Part shown: positions 13,497 through 25,606 of the stretch, piece after piece | Layout of the letters: the number at the start of each line of letters is the position of its first letter | Numbering within the stretch: the first letter of the stretch is position 1 | DNA from: Magallana gigas | Lineage: Eukaryota | Direction of reading: 5' to 3' | NCBI RefSeq assembly: GCF_963853765.1 | Contig: NC_088859.1 | Location: 45,694,001-45,758,000 of the forward strand | Length of the DNA stretch: 64,000 bases | Position numbers and translations under genes: made by a program | The notes under the pieces: generated by a model | Database searches by the model: none | What the model saw: the letters and a program-made list of their open reading frames with translations, nothing else | What the model was told of the DNA's origin: nothing

Positions 13497-16431
13497 TGAC
13501 CCATCAGTACTAATAGTTAAATATGTTAATGTGATTTTTTAATTACAGCTGGTGTAAGACAAAGACTGTATAAAACATGCAGAAACCATAGCTCTTTGTA
13601 AATTCATTTAGGAAATCAAATGCATGCACTTACAATGTTCATGATGGACAGGACATAAGATTGTATGACTTTTTTGCCATGATATTCCACCATTTTGTGG
13701 TCAGCCACTACCAGTGTCTCTACATTCTTCTCCCGACTGACAGCAGATCTTGGGATTCGGTTCTTCTTTAACTTCAATTTTCCCTGGGACCTTATGTGTC
13801 TTGTATTGTCATTAACAGATTTATCCTTCTTTTCAAATATATCTATCAAGATTCATTTCATAATTAATAAATCAAAAAGCATTGGGTTTTTTTTTTATCA
13901 AATCAATTACTTATCTGAAATCAGTATTCAAACAAAACTCCCACTTACCTGTGACACCACAGTGGACATTATCCTTTGGGAACTGCATTGATGATCGTTT
14001 GTAGACAACATGGGGGTGTCCCTTGCCACTGTCACTACTTGTATCATTCCACAGAGGTTCAACAAAATAATCCTCATCTTGTGTTTGAAATATTCCGTGC
14101 TGTAAATATAAGTAGAAAAATGTCTCAAATCTCTATACATAAATATAATCTGTTAATTGGTAATATGATAAATATAAATTCAGTAGCAAACATTTCCATG
14201 TATCCAATGAAAAATTTAATTCAAATAGTCAAGTTAGATGTTAGTAATATATTTTACAATAATATTTCAATAAGATAATTTCAGTGAGATAATTAGTATA
14301 GCATTAATTAAACAAATTTTATCTTTATGTGGATAAAAGCTTAATAAACAGCTGATAAAGAAGTTATCTTATTTCTGTAATAGTATATGAATTTTTGTGA
14401 TTGGCTTCAGCCTATCACAGTAGTGCTTGTATGAGGATATTATATCCCGTTTGGGCAATTGGTCCCAATCTATAAAAAGGAATACTTGTTCAGGTCTGTT
14501 TTCGGGACACATTCTTTTCACTGACAGTTTTAACTGTTTAACAACTTTATACATGTATACTCATTACTGACGTCTCAAAATCTCGCAAATTTGCTGTGAA
14601 TAAGTTTTCTTACCTTAGCAGATCATTATATATCAGGTTGAACTTAAAGTTAAATAATGAAGTTGAATAAAAGACAGTTGAAACAAAAATATTTTTGCTT
14701 ATTTTTTAACAGGATCTCGAATTAGCACAATAAAATAATACTTAAATCCGTGCAACCTACAGGTCTCCGGGTTTTGTTGAGTAACCGCTTACCATCTTAT
14801 TCCAGAAAATTACAGAAAATAGAAATTCTACGACATAATTTTGCAAAAAAAAAAAAAAATATATTTCCACAGGTTTTTTTTTATATAATTTACGTATTAT
14901 GAACGTATATATACTCCATATATAAAGTTTATCAATTGCAATTCGACTTTCAATTTTATAGATTGTGTAAAAAAAAAATCATTTGCCTTCGATGATAGAA
15001 TGCTACTGTAGTGTAGGTATACAGCTGTAATTAGCGACAACGTACAGCTGCAATAGCTGTGGGTTTACTGTAGAAAAACAAATGTACTACGATGATCGAA
15101 TCCAAATTCGGTAACTTCTACACTATGATAGATTTTTGTTATAATCCGTTTTCCGAACTGCAAATCGAAGACATATGTAGGATGTGGTCAAAAATGGAGA
15201 TGAAATACTAATACGCAACCCCCACCTAAATGGAAATCATATTCGTGATATACGGTAAACTGTATACCGTATTAACGCGGTTTTTTTTTTTTTTGGGGGG
15301 GGGGGGGGGTCCGCCAGAAAAAAAAAATTAAATTATAAGCGTAAATATGATACAATATATATGGATATAATTTTGACCTGACAATTTAAAGTAATAACTC
15401 TTGCATCGGCACCCTCTCCTTCACCAGGTCTAGGCAACCTCCGTTTTTGGAGGCTGTTCACACTACCACCCTCAGCCTAGCTATTAAGAAATCTGCATAT
15501 CGCAATTGCAATGTGCCATGAAACAGTTTGCTGTTAATTTCACATTGCCGTCTTTTTAGTTATCTATCCGTTTGAGTGTCATCAATATTTACCAAACCAA
15601 AGCAGTTGCTGATGGCGGCAGTGGACTCGTGGGGTCTCCTGCTGTAGCCCACATAGTGACAGTTCCGCCGGATGTTCACCGAGTGTTCCTCCCCATCGTT
15701 ACCAAAGGCTCCGACAGAAAACGAGCGCGAAAGTAGCTCACGATTAATCTGTAATCTAAAGTGGAACTCCTGACCAAAGGCTGATATTCTGTAGAAGACA
15801 GTGGAGGGATTCTCTTGATTGGTTAGGTCCCTCCTCACCCGACCCTGGCTGTCGTAGTTAGACACGTTGTAACTCAGGAACCTGCCGTCCTCGTCCACTA
15901 GGGTGGGAATCACCATCTCATACTGACCAATTCGTTTTAAAAGAGCGGCTGAAAATTAAAAAAGAGGTGAAAGGTTAACGAGATTTCAATTTAACGTTGT
16001 TGCATTTCTTAAAGTGTTTCAAAAAAACGTCGCAGACATTTTTCGTGAGACCTTCCATATGGAACTACAATTGCTCTACCGAGAAATACAATAGCTATTC
16101 ATTTTGGGAATTAACATTGTGTAATTTTACCTGTTTTCTCATTTTGTATCCTCTTATCATCTTTGTTTTCATTTTGCATATCGCTGACGCTTGCAGTTGT
16201 AAACTTTATCGCACAAATGCATAGAAATCCAACAATTCTCATCGTAATAAATATATATCTTGCTTAATTCCAAAATGTTCAAGAAACTATGAATAACGGT
16301 TTCCATAAACTGACGAGAACTGGTGTTAGAGCCCCTCCGTCGAAACCTTTTTTTTTTTTTTTACCTAAATCAAACTGATTTGAGTTAGCCTGGAATTGTT
16401 CTGAGCAGAGAAACTTTTTTTTTCTGTGATG
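290..16431 (-). CDS. ADAMTS6: ADAMTS6/10-like secreted zinc metalloprotease (multi-exon; 5' end unresolved)
   Basis: Phase-consistent GT-AG exons, 5' to 3': ~16365-16431 (tentative), 15593-15948, 13949-14099, 13634-13842, 12973-13056, 12282-12412, 11721-11764, 11418-11523, 11163-11312, 10796-10937, 10595-10705, 9378-9523, 8806-8869, 8568-8670, 8216-8349, 7705-7828, 7524-7604, 6764-6927, 6399-6531, 6139-6268, 5618-5822, 4766-4942, 3767-3920, 290-411 (TAG at 290-292). They encode a prodomain (HCG switch), furin-type [20 protein letters not shown], zinc motif [27 protein letters not shown], disintegrin-like, TSR1, Cys-rich, spacer, four more TSRs and a C-terminal PLAC ([32 protein letters not shown]). 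This is the ADAMTS6/10 architecture; the symbol is best-match, not proven orthology. Confidence 0.93.
4020..4765. repeat. Degenerate tandem repeat resembling an ADAMTS 5' splice site
   Basis: Recurrent CACACT(C/T)ACCA(T/C)AT(C/T)C units similar to the real donor region GAACTCACTGTATCCC; interrupted by the MITE at 4309-4519. Confidence 0.65.
4309..4519. mobile_element. TA-flanked MITE
   Basis: TTGTATACAAGGAAATATTCGCCC / GGGCGAAAATTACCCTGTATACAG with TA flanks. Confidence 0.7.
5239..5415. mobile_element. TA-flanked Tc1/mariner-pogo-type MITE
   Basis: TA/CAGTCAAACTTTGTTATCTCGAAC ... GTTCGAGATATCGAAGTTCAACTG/TA. Confidence 0.75.
6969..7335. repeat. Dispersed repeat: one palindrome arm plus ~270 bp that is the reverse complement of 22561-22820
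   Basis: GAAGAGCCACTATAACAGCCACAAGCGTGAACTTT here versus AAAGTTCACGCTTGTGGCTGTTACAGTGGCTCTTC at ~22693. Confidence 0.85.
9518..9850. repeat. ~25-bp minisatellite derived from an ADAMTS 3' splice site
   Basis: ~13 units approx AACACCACTACAGAATAAATGTAAT; unit 0 is the real intron/exon boundary at 9523/9524. Confidence 0.85.
9855..10432. mobile_element. Non-autonomous TIR element with 9-bp TSD
   Basis: TIRs of ~60 bp (TAGCTACAGGTC...CCTGGGAGCT / AGCTCCCAGG...GACCTGCAGCTA). Flanks GATTCACTA / GATCCATTA match 7/9. Confidence 0.75.
11806..12021. mobile_element. TA-flanked MITE
   Basis: TA/CTGTACATTCCTAGTT ... AATTAGAAATCTACAG/TA. Confidence 0.65.
13441..13494. repeat. (CT)n microsatellite
   Basis: Direct reading. 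Confidence 0.97.
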
Positions 16432-17772
16432 CTGTGAGTAAATAAGAGTAAATCCATTCAAGCTCTGGCCCTGTAATAGCGGTGCTCCTCCTCTGGCGGG
16501 TTAATGTCCCAACTCCTTACACATATTGATGTTTGCAGTAGAGATAGACTTCCCCCCTCTATCAGCAATCACTTAACCTTGTCCATTAGCATTTCGTGTC
16601 TTAATTTGCTTTCAATTTTTTTTCAAAGCAAGCTCTCCAAATTGAATTTGCATGTAAATTATAACATGAAATAAAACAGGTCTAATGTCACTTGAGCGAC
16701 GGAATAAAATTTGTGTTTTAATGATTTGATTTGATATTTAGGGCGGGCATACGAGCTAAACCCAGCCGTTACAACCTCTCCGGGAGAAACCCTCTCAAAC
16801 AAAACCCACTTTGTAGTCAGAAAGACTAATGATACATGTCAGGTTCCTGGACACCAATTTTCACACAGTATCTTTTCCTCGGTCAGTAATTATTGTATCT
16901 CCTTTAAAATTAAAACCCGGGGGTACCCAAGGGGTCTTTTTAATAATTGCGACTCCCCGTCGAGGTCATAGTAATTGCATGCATAGAGAAAATGGCGAGG
17001 ATTATCTGGACAATGAAGGGCCGAAGACTGGACAAAATCTTTCCATTGTCGGCAGATGAAGCTTTAAACCATATTCTGATTAAGCAAACCTTTAATTGGC
17101 GTATGACATCGTGCTGCTTTTCGTCGGAGTTTCTCTCTCCCCCTTTTTCTCTCTCTTTTTTGCAGACCAGTGCAAAAAAGACGAATGGCAGGCGATATTG
17201 AACGAATGGTGCAATTTTTCTTCACATAATTGAACAAGTCTGGGGGGTAAACTATAAATGCTAGTTCGTCGATGTTTTAATAAACAATTCCGTGAGAATA
17301 AGAAATATTGCGAAATAGGCTACTCATATAGAAATATTCAGTATTAATATTAGATATGATTCTTTAATTATGCACTATTTGAAGAAATGATAACATAAAT
17401 GCAATGAAAATTTACAACGCAAACCATCGCTCTCTTGAATCGAAAATTAATTAAAATTAATTTCTGCTTTAAAATTATTTATTTCTCCACAAGGTTAGAT
17501 AACTCATAAATCTCAGAACTTTGGTAAAACACTAAAAATGAAATTTCCTTTGATGATTAATAAAGTTTATGGAAAAAATATCAGCAAGATAGCACTGATC
17601 GAAAGATAGATCTAACATGCTGAGGCCAGTAAATGTTGGACAATTTTAAATTGTTTAACTTAAACATTAAAAATGAATCTCTTGTAAATTTAATTTAATC
17701 AGCATTTCACTGACTGATTGACCATATCTATACATGTAACCACCATGAATGATTTTTTTGGATGCTTCAATT

Positions 17773-17783
<11 letters not shown>

Positions 17784-17842
<59 letters not shown>
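17784..17842. repeat. (CT)n microsatellite
   Basis: Direct reading. Confidence 0.97.
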
Positions 17843-17847
<5 letters not shown>

Positions 17848-19260
17848 AGAGATTAGATCTTAACATGGCCAAGAAACTTTATTGTGCTCCAACGCACTTG
17901 CAAAAATAATGATAAAAAATAATGCTGATGATGACAAAAAAATATTAAATATAAATAAATATGAGAAAGAAACAAATGGACAATGAACATAAAAGAATCA
18001 ATTAAGAGTATAGATCGGTACCAGCCACAGAAATATACAAACATACCAAATGCCAAATAAATTCATGAAGTATTTCCTTCTCGGGTTGCTTTTGTGAGAA
18101 ATTAATCTGTATATAACAAAAATCTCCATTTTCATTTTTTTTTTGTTCTTTATCAAATAATTTTTCACGGAAGTTGCATGTATGTAGGAGAATGATTCAT
18201 TCTTTACCACCTCTCCATAATAAATTATTTATTCAAGAACAAAATAATCACACGGAATGTTAGGGGTGACGTTCGGAGTCAAAAAACCTCTCTGCTGGGG
18301 ACTCGGGACAATACACACGGCGGTACACTGTACCCACTGACAGTCCCGGTCATTAATTGTGCAGAGAATTGCCTCCATTCGAAGATTTAATAACTTATCA
18401 TTTACCATTCTAATTATCGGTGAATTCGAATAGCAGAAAGCGCGCACTGGTTTCCCCATAATTCTAGTTTAGTAACCCAAATAACCAATTTCTGGGGGTC
18501 CCGCTGATTGCACACGTAGACCTGGCCAACAGGTAGATTCACGCATCATTCGGTTACTTATCTCTGCAATCCTCCAGCGTGTTTCTTTCTCTCCAAACAA
18601 ACATTATGTGAAGCCAGTGAGTGATAATTGAAAATCAAGAACGTTTCACAGCGCTTCATTAAAATCCCCGAATTCCTTCTTCCGTGTGTCTTTCGAAGTT
18701 CTCTGTTAAACTTTCTCTACGTGGGGATATAGTCGAAAATCATGTATATGTACGTTATATACAGCATATTTCGGTTTTTTTCTTTTAATAAATATAGGAA
18801 TTTTGTCTTGTGACGCAATATAGATTTGCTCAATTTTAAGCGTTTGTTTTATCGGTTTTATAGTTAAGTTTAGTGACAGATCAGATTTATTCTCTAGTCG
18901 TATTCATTCATTTCATGTCCTTTCGGAAATAAAAAATTAAATAATTATAATTCAATTCAATTAATTTATTGACAATTACCATGTCGGCATACAGTCATGA
19001 ATATGAGTTACATAAAACAAAACATTAAACATGGCATGCAAAAGTTAAACATTAACTAATAAATCTACAATGGACAAAACATTGGGTGAACAAATTAGGC
19101 TTGTGCGAAGACTATTTCAGAGAAATTAATTAATATTTTAAAATCAATATTAATATTAATGGTCACTTAGACAATAATTAAGTAATTAAGGTGTATCTGG
19201 ACAATTTGGGGGAGGGGTTAAACCATGTGAAACATTGAAATATGTTCAGGTACTAACTAT

Positions 19261-19262
<2 letters not shown>

Positions 19263-19329
<67 letters not shown>
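19263..19329. repeat. (GA)n microsatellite upstream of TRAPPC5
   Basis: Direct reading. Confidence 0.97.
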
Positions 19330-19330
<1 letters not shown>

Positions 19331-19459
19331 ATCTGGGATACCTCGGACTTTCATCGGAAAACATTTTGAAAAGTCCGAGGTTTTCCGGACGATAAGAGGA
19401 TCCGCCCATCTGTCAGCTCAAAGTGAAAGTGAAACTGGAAGTGACCACAAAGAATAAAT

Positions 19460-22400
19460 ATGGCGTCGATAAACAAGCAGAAAACTAGTATACTGGACAA
19501 ACCTCTGGGAAAAGGGAAGCCGGAGGTAATATCCACTTGTCTAAATTCATGTTTGTAAATGACTAGGATTAAAATCTAGTTATGTGGTAGAAATATGACC
19601 AAGCATCACTTTAGTCTGTCGGTAAAAGATGCTGATGCCATCAGTCATGGGTCTCTTACAGTACCGTTCATGGAATTGATTTTATTGTGTTTGCACTGAC
19701 TGCTAAATTGATATTCTTAAGTAAAGAATTAATTGAATAACTGTGTTACCCGCATCTGTATTTGGAAAGATGTTAATTGAGATAAAAGGAAAAAAATTAA
19801 GGGATATAAAATCAGGGACGTATAACTGTATACTTGTTTCTACCATATCGCGGTATTTCTGGTTAGTAATTGATAGATTTTTCGACAAAATACTAGTATA
19901 TACGTCCCTGATAAAATGACAATTTAGGTGTAACCTTAATCCACACTGGCTTGTTTAGAGAAGAAAAAAAAACATCGTTAAAAAAGTAGGTACATCGGAG
20001 GATAAAATACCTCTGAGGTTCCAACATTTTTAAAGAATTTTTTTCTACACAAGCCCCTGTGTTTAATCTACACACACTCATGCACCAAAACTGTGACTGA
20101 TATGGTTAAGATGCTATCTTAAACATGTCAATATGATGGCGAGTACAGATACAGTCAGTATAATATAAACAATGTTCACCATTTTCCATATGAACACAAC
20201 ATAATGATTTACAATAGAACAATGGACAATTTTACAATATGTACAAATGTACAATAGATACAATTTTTTTGATTGGTGTACAAAGAAATAGCGGAGAAAA
20301 TGCAACCCCACAGCATCATTACGTATGTCATAGAATCATTTGGTAGATGCTGATCCTCCTAATATTTCTACTGAGTTTACTTTAACAACATATTTTTGAT
20401 CTTGCTTAGGTTTGTTTTAGTTTTGAAAAAAAAATGAAGGATCATTATTCTCATACTTGTAGCTCTGGTTTAAAAAGAATCTGCAATATTTAAAACACAT
20501 TTTTTAAAATTGATCAGGCAGCCATTTTTGATGATTGACCACTGAGAAAGAAGGACTTTTTTAATGGAGTCAAATGATAACTTAAATTGTTTAGATTTGG
20601 CTTACAGTATTTCCTGTGCATTAGTCCATAGAACTCAATTCACTCAGTATAAGTATTCCAATACCTTGATTAATTGCTGAATTATTAACCTTCATTCCGG
20701 TATATATGTGTTGCTTTTTTTTCTGGAGATATTTTTCAGTTTGAACAACTTTGTTTATAAGTATTTTTATCTATGCTCATATGCACAAAGTTTATGAGTT
20801 TTTCTTTGTAACTCTGGAAAAAAATTATTAACACATATGCTTGCTATTTATATAACAAGGTACATGTATTTCAGATATAATTTCTTTTTCCTACAGTGTG
20901 TTGCCATGTTCATCTGAAATACTCAGTATTTTCCTGTTTGATTTCAGATAAATGCAGCCACCTTTGCGCTGCTCTTCTCAGAGATGGTACAGTACTGCCA
21001 AAATCGAGTCTACAGTGTATCAGAACTTCAAACAAAGTAGGTGATTTATTATCCCTTTTTTCCTTATGTTACGTGTTGCAGAGGAGATATAGCATTGCTA
21101 ACAGTGTACATGTATGAGGGTGTGTAAAGTATATACATGTATGAGCAATCCTGTCATTTTATGAATTCATAATTGCACTAAATACATGCACTATTCCTCG
21201 CTATATTTAGTACGAAAACTTTAAATCTTATGTGCAAGTTAAATATACAGCACAAAAGTTCAACAAGTTGATATGAATCAATGTATTGCTCAAAAAAAGT
21301 TTATGCATTTATTGTTCATAAGAAGGCTCCGATTTCAATAATTTCCGGCCTGATAACTGCAATACCTGCAGGGGTTCAACCAATTATTTGAAATTAAAGG
21401 TACAGTATTGTTAATAAATTTTAGATTATCAGAACTAGGACAACATGTGGGCACTCACATGCTTGACCTGCTGTTTGTGAGGGAGAAAGGATATAAAAGG
21501 GAAACTAAACTTCTGAACATGCTTCTCTTCATAAAGAACAATTTCTGGAAGGTACTGGTAATTTTATTTTATTTTACTTAGAGCTAAATAAACCATTGAA
21601 TTATTAAAGTGATATATTGTACAAATATTGACTGGGGTTGAGGGCAACATTCATTATGTGAGTGCCTAATTGGAGCAAAGGGAAATATTCTTACCCTCAA
21701 GAGCAATCTTATAATTAATGTCGCCTGAAAATATAATAAATATTGACTCTACTGTATATTTAGTACTGAATTTAACATCAGGATATATTGTCCAATATAG
21801 AAGGTGGCATTAAAGAATATAAGGTATTCATCACAAGGTCATTATTTGATTTTTTATTACTATTTTTTGACAGACATTGTTTGGAAAGGAGGCAGATCGT
21901 TTAGAACATTCCAATGATGACGAAAAAACATGTATCCTTTGGATTTCAATATTTTTCGCTTTTTTTCATTAACTACCGGACCAACCTTGACCAAACTTGA
22001 TGTGCAACATGTGATCTTTACCTCCCAAGGGCCAAAAATTAAGTGTAAAACTAGAAGTTCCTAAAATGTTTATTTAAAAATCCTCTCTCCTACTTTTAAT
22101 TTCTTATAGTCACACTCAGGCTTGAGGGCCTCTTTTGAATGGCTGGAGATTTTTGAGATACAGAAGTTTTATTAACCCGGTAATTGTTTGCAATTTTTAT
22201 TTCCAAACAAGGAGACAGCAATTATTAAAACTTAACATTTAATAGATTATATAATTGAAACAGAACATTTAGTCAATAGATACATATCTGTTCCAAAAGA
22301 TAAAGGTAAGTTTAATTTTAAAGATTAATTTTGGCAAGTATACATACATTAGCAAAATATATAAACTAAATATATATAGACCTACACTATCAAAACAAAA

Positions 22401-22896
22401 ATTCTGATAGGTGCACATATGTAGACTCCAAAGTCTGATGGTCACGCCAAAGTCCGATGGTCATGCTAAAGTCTGATGGTTTACGCTAAAGTCTGATGGC
22501 CTGCCATGCCAAAGTCTGATGTCATCAGAATATATTTACATTCCAAATAATTTTTGCATGTAAAGTGTATGAAAAGCTACTGCAGTTATAAGACTGTAAC
22601 ACACACAGGGTACTCAAAGGTTAGAATGACTAGTTTTATTATGACGTCACGAACGTTGAACACTGTAAAATGCAACGTCACAAGCGAGAATCAAAGTTCA
22701 CGCTTGTGGCTGTTACAGTGGCTCTTCCATTAATTTGAACTTACCCTTAGGATAAAACAGAAATTTTGACGTTTAAATCACATTTGCAGACAAGGCAAGA
22801 AGTTTTAAAAAATGTAAATATAAGCATTGAATCATTTTTTTGGAAAGATATAGTCTCATAACTGCAGCGGTGGGTGCATACAAATGTTCATAACGC

Positions 22897-22932
<36 letters not shown>

Positions 22933-24726
22933 CTGCAGTTATGAGACTATATCTTTCAAAAAATAATGATTCAATGCTTAAATGTTTGTTACACCACGTC
23001 ATGGTGATGTCATTGGTGACGTGAAAACTTTTAAAAATGATAGTGAAAGGAAGATCTTTACAGTAAGGTACTCAGATTACTAGTTACATAGTTTATGTTG
23101 ACCTAATATGGTTTAAACATATTAGGTCAACTACAAACCATGTAACGATTTTATCTTACCGACTGCCTTTGTATAAATGGCAAATAATGAATAACAACAA
23201 TAAAAAGTTAGGTTTTATAAGTTTTAATTTGGGTAAAAAACCTGATGTCATAATACTGTAAGAATGACGTCATTATGCTCAAAGGGAGTACATGTAATAT
23301 TTTCTACTGCATGACTATGTATGGTATATACCTGGTATCTGCATGACAACTGTTAGCCAGTTTTGCTAGATTTTAGCAGGAGGCTAGGTATAACATACAT
23401 GTAATATTACAATTTTATTGTGACAAATGATGAATAAAGAGGACAATATTTGTGCTAGAAGTTAATTTAAAACCATTGGGCTTTGGTGTATCATACCATC
23501 GGGCTTTGGGGACTGCATGTGGACCTTTGGACTCTAGCGTGTCAAACCTTTGGGGTTTGATGTTTCACATTATTGGGTTTTGGTCTGATCATCAGACTTT
23601 AGAGTACCATCAAATTTGGAGTCCTACACATGCAAACTTCATTTATTCATGTAAAAGCACTCATAACATACAGTGCTGTATTTTAAAAACTGTTCTTAAA
23701 TCTAGTCCAAGGCAAAACAAATTTATGTTCTAAGTCTTTCAAATGGCTATTTTAAGGTAATTTAAACCAAGCTTTTCAGCAAAAACATAGAAGGTACCAA
23801 GCTGGATATATAAAAAATAAGATTCAGTCAACTCAGTATTTTCTTTTCACAGGGAAACTTAACTGTGCAGCGTTCACAGCGGGTATAATAGAGGCTGTAT
23901 TAAATGGAGCAAATTTTGTAAGTTCCTTCTCAGAATTGTATTGAAAGTACTCATTTTTTATGATATATTTACTTATTTCGGAACAAAATCAACAATGGTA
24001 AAAAATGTTTCATTGGTGAAGAACACTAATTGTATTTTGGGTACAAAATTTAGGATAAAAAAGAATCTTAAAGGGACTTGGACACTATTTTAGATCAAAA
24101 TTTTCTTTTTCTTTTATTATGTATCAAATGGTTTTACTTGCTCATTTTGAATGATTGACCAAAATTTGAATGTTAAAAGTCAAGTTATAAGAGAGATACA
24201 GAGTTAAGAAATCATTGTTATGTAAACAAAGCTTGAGTCTTAAATTTTTTTACAAATCATATAAATTATGGAATTACCATTATTTTTTTTTTACCAAATG
24301 ACTCGTGGCAAACAAGTTAAACTGATTCAATGTGTTCATAGATAATATGATAAACAGATAATAGCAACATTTGATTGAGACTTAAACCAATAAAACACAT
24401 ATCTAAATCATAGCAAAGCTCCAGCTTTGTTTACAAAACAAAGATTTTCAAACTACGCATCTTGCTTATAAATCAATATTTGACTTATTAAAGCATTAAA
24501 AGTACCCATATTAACCATTCTAAACATTAAAACTGGTAAAATAAAATTAAAAATTTTGAGCTCAAATCGTGTCCAAGTACCTTTAAAGGTTTGTTTGGTT
24601 TTTTTCATTTAATTGATTTTGTGTATTCTCTTACAGCCAGCAAAAGTGACAGCGCATTGGCATAAAGGAACAACATTCATGATAGAATTTGATGAATCTG
24701 TTTTGGCCAGAGATAAAATGGTGTGA
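19460..24726 (+). CDS. TRAPPC5: Trafficking protein particle complex subunit 5 (Trs31)
   Basis: Exons 19460-19525, 20948-21036, 21425-21551, 21874-21931, 22246-22305, 23853-23917, 24637-24726 splice in frame to MASINKQKTSILDKPLGKGKPE-INAATFALLFSEMVQYCQNRVYSVSELQTKLSELGQHVG...LFGKEADRLEHSNDDEKTYYIIE...LNCAAFTAGIIEAVLNGANFPAKVTAHWHKGTTFMIEFDESVLARDKMV*. Confidence 0.96.
21932..22245 (+). other. U12-type (minor spliceosome) GT-AG intron in TRAPPC5
   Basis: Donor GTATCCTTT is the U12 5' consensus. The 3' end reads CTTAAC-ATTTAATAG, a U12-like branch core 9 nt from the AG with no polypyrimidine tract. Splicing restores the frame (ACA T/AT TAT = T-Y-Y). Confidence 0.88.
22412..23634. mobile_element. 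Foldback-like element with subterminal tandem repeats in TRAPPC5 intron 5
   Basis: The left end carries ~5 x CCAAAGTCTGATGG(TCACG). The right end carries inverted copies (CATCAGACTTTAGAG, CCATCAAATTTGGAGTCCTACACATGCA). Confidence 0.5.
22821..22980. repeat. 160-bp near-perfect palindrome
   Basis: TAAGCATTGAATCAT...TAACGCGCTAGCGCGCGTTA...ATGATTCAATGCTTA; arms ~75 bp. Confidence 0.9.
24072..24582. mobile_element. TTAA-flanked MITE (Kolobok-like) in the last TRAPPC5 intron
   Basis: TTAA/AGGGACTTGGACAC ... GTGTCCAAGTACCT/TTAA. Confidence 0.75.
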
Positions 24727-25132
24727 TGCAGTTTAAAGAGACACAATTTTTTATGTATATCAAAGACCTTGAAAAACAACATATGAATGCTTTCAAAACT
24801 TTATTGATCACTAATAATAATAATAAATATGACTCCATAATTGTTTGTAACATTTTGTTAACAAATTATACCCAATTTGAGGTCCACAAAAAGAGGTCTT
24901 CAAATCAGTCGGACAAAACACCAGCTGTAACAAAATGGGGGATCCACAGTGCAGACATAATAGCTCATTAATAACAATATATTTAATAATATCTGATTTG
25001 TAAATAGTAATGATCTTACAAAGTAAAAACTAACTGCATATGGTATAGATGAAATATACTAATAAGCTTTAATAGTGTTGAATTCTAATTCATTCACAAA
25101 TACGTAGTTTCATAAATCCACTTTTTATTATT

Positions 25133-25173
<41 letters not shown>

Positions 25174-25606
25174 CTTCTTTGTTGAATATATATTTATTTC
25201 ATTAACAAGACAACATTCTTATAAATCCCATCTCAGTAATCAAATAAATATCACATTCAACAAGCAAACCCAGTTGATAATAAGTGAACTCTCAAGTTTT
25301 CATTATTCAATTCTTTATATATGTAAAGCACCCTTTTTAATACATGTATATGTACATGTGATTGTACATGTACATAATAATTTTACAATGAGGAGCATGA
25401 TTATATTGTAAAAAAAAAAGCTATTAAAAGATTTACTAGTTTTAGAAATCATTAACAAGATATGAAACGAACACAAAATAAAGTAATACCAGATATGATA
25501 TTGCAGAGTTGTCGCAACGAATACAAAAAATAATGACTCTCACTTTTCACAATGTCTTTCATATAAAACACTCACAACCACACACAATCCTGTACGAGAC
25601 TCGTCA

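Noticed and set aside
19260-19457. ORF MERERERE...
   Set aside because: Translation of the (GA)n microsatellite upstream of the real TRAPPC5 ATG.
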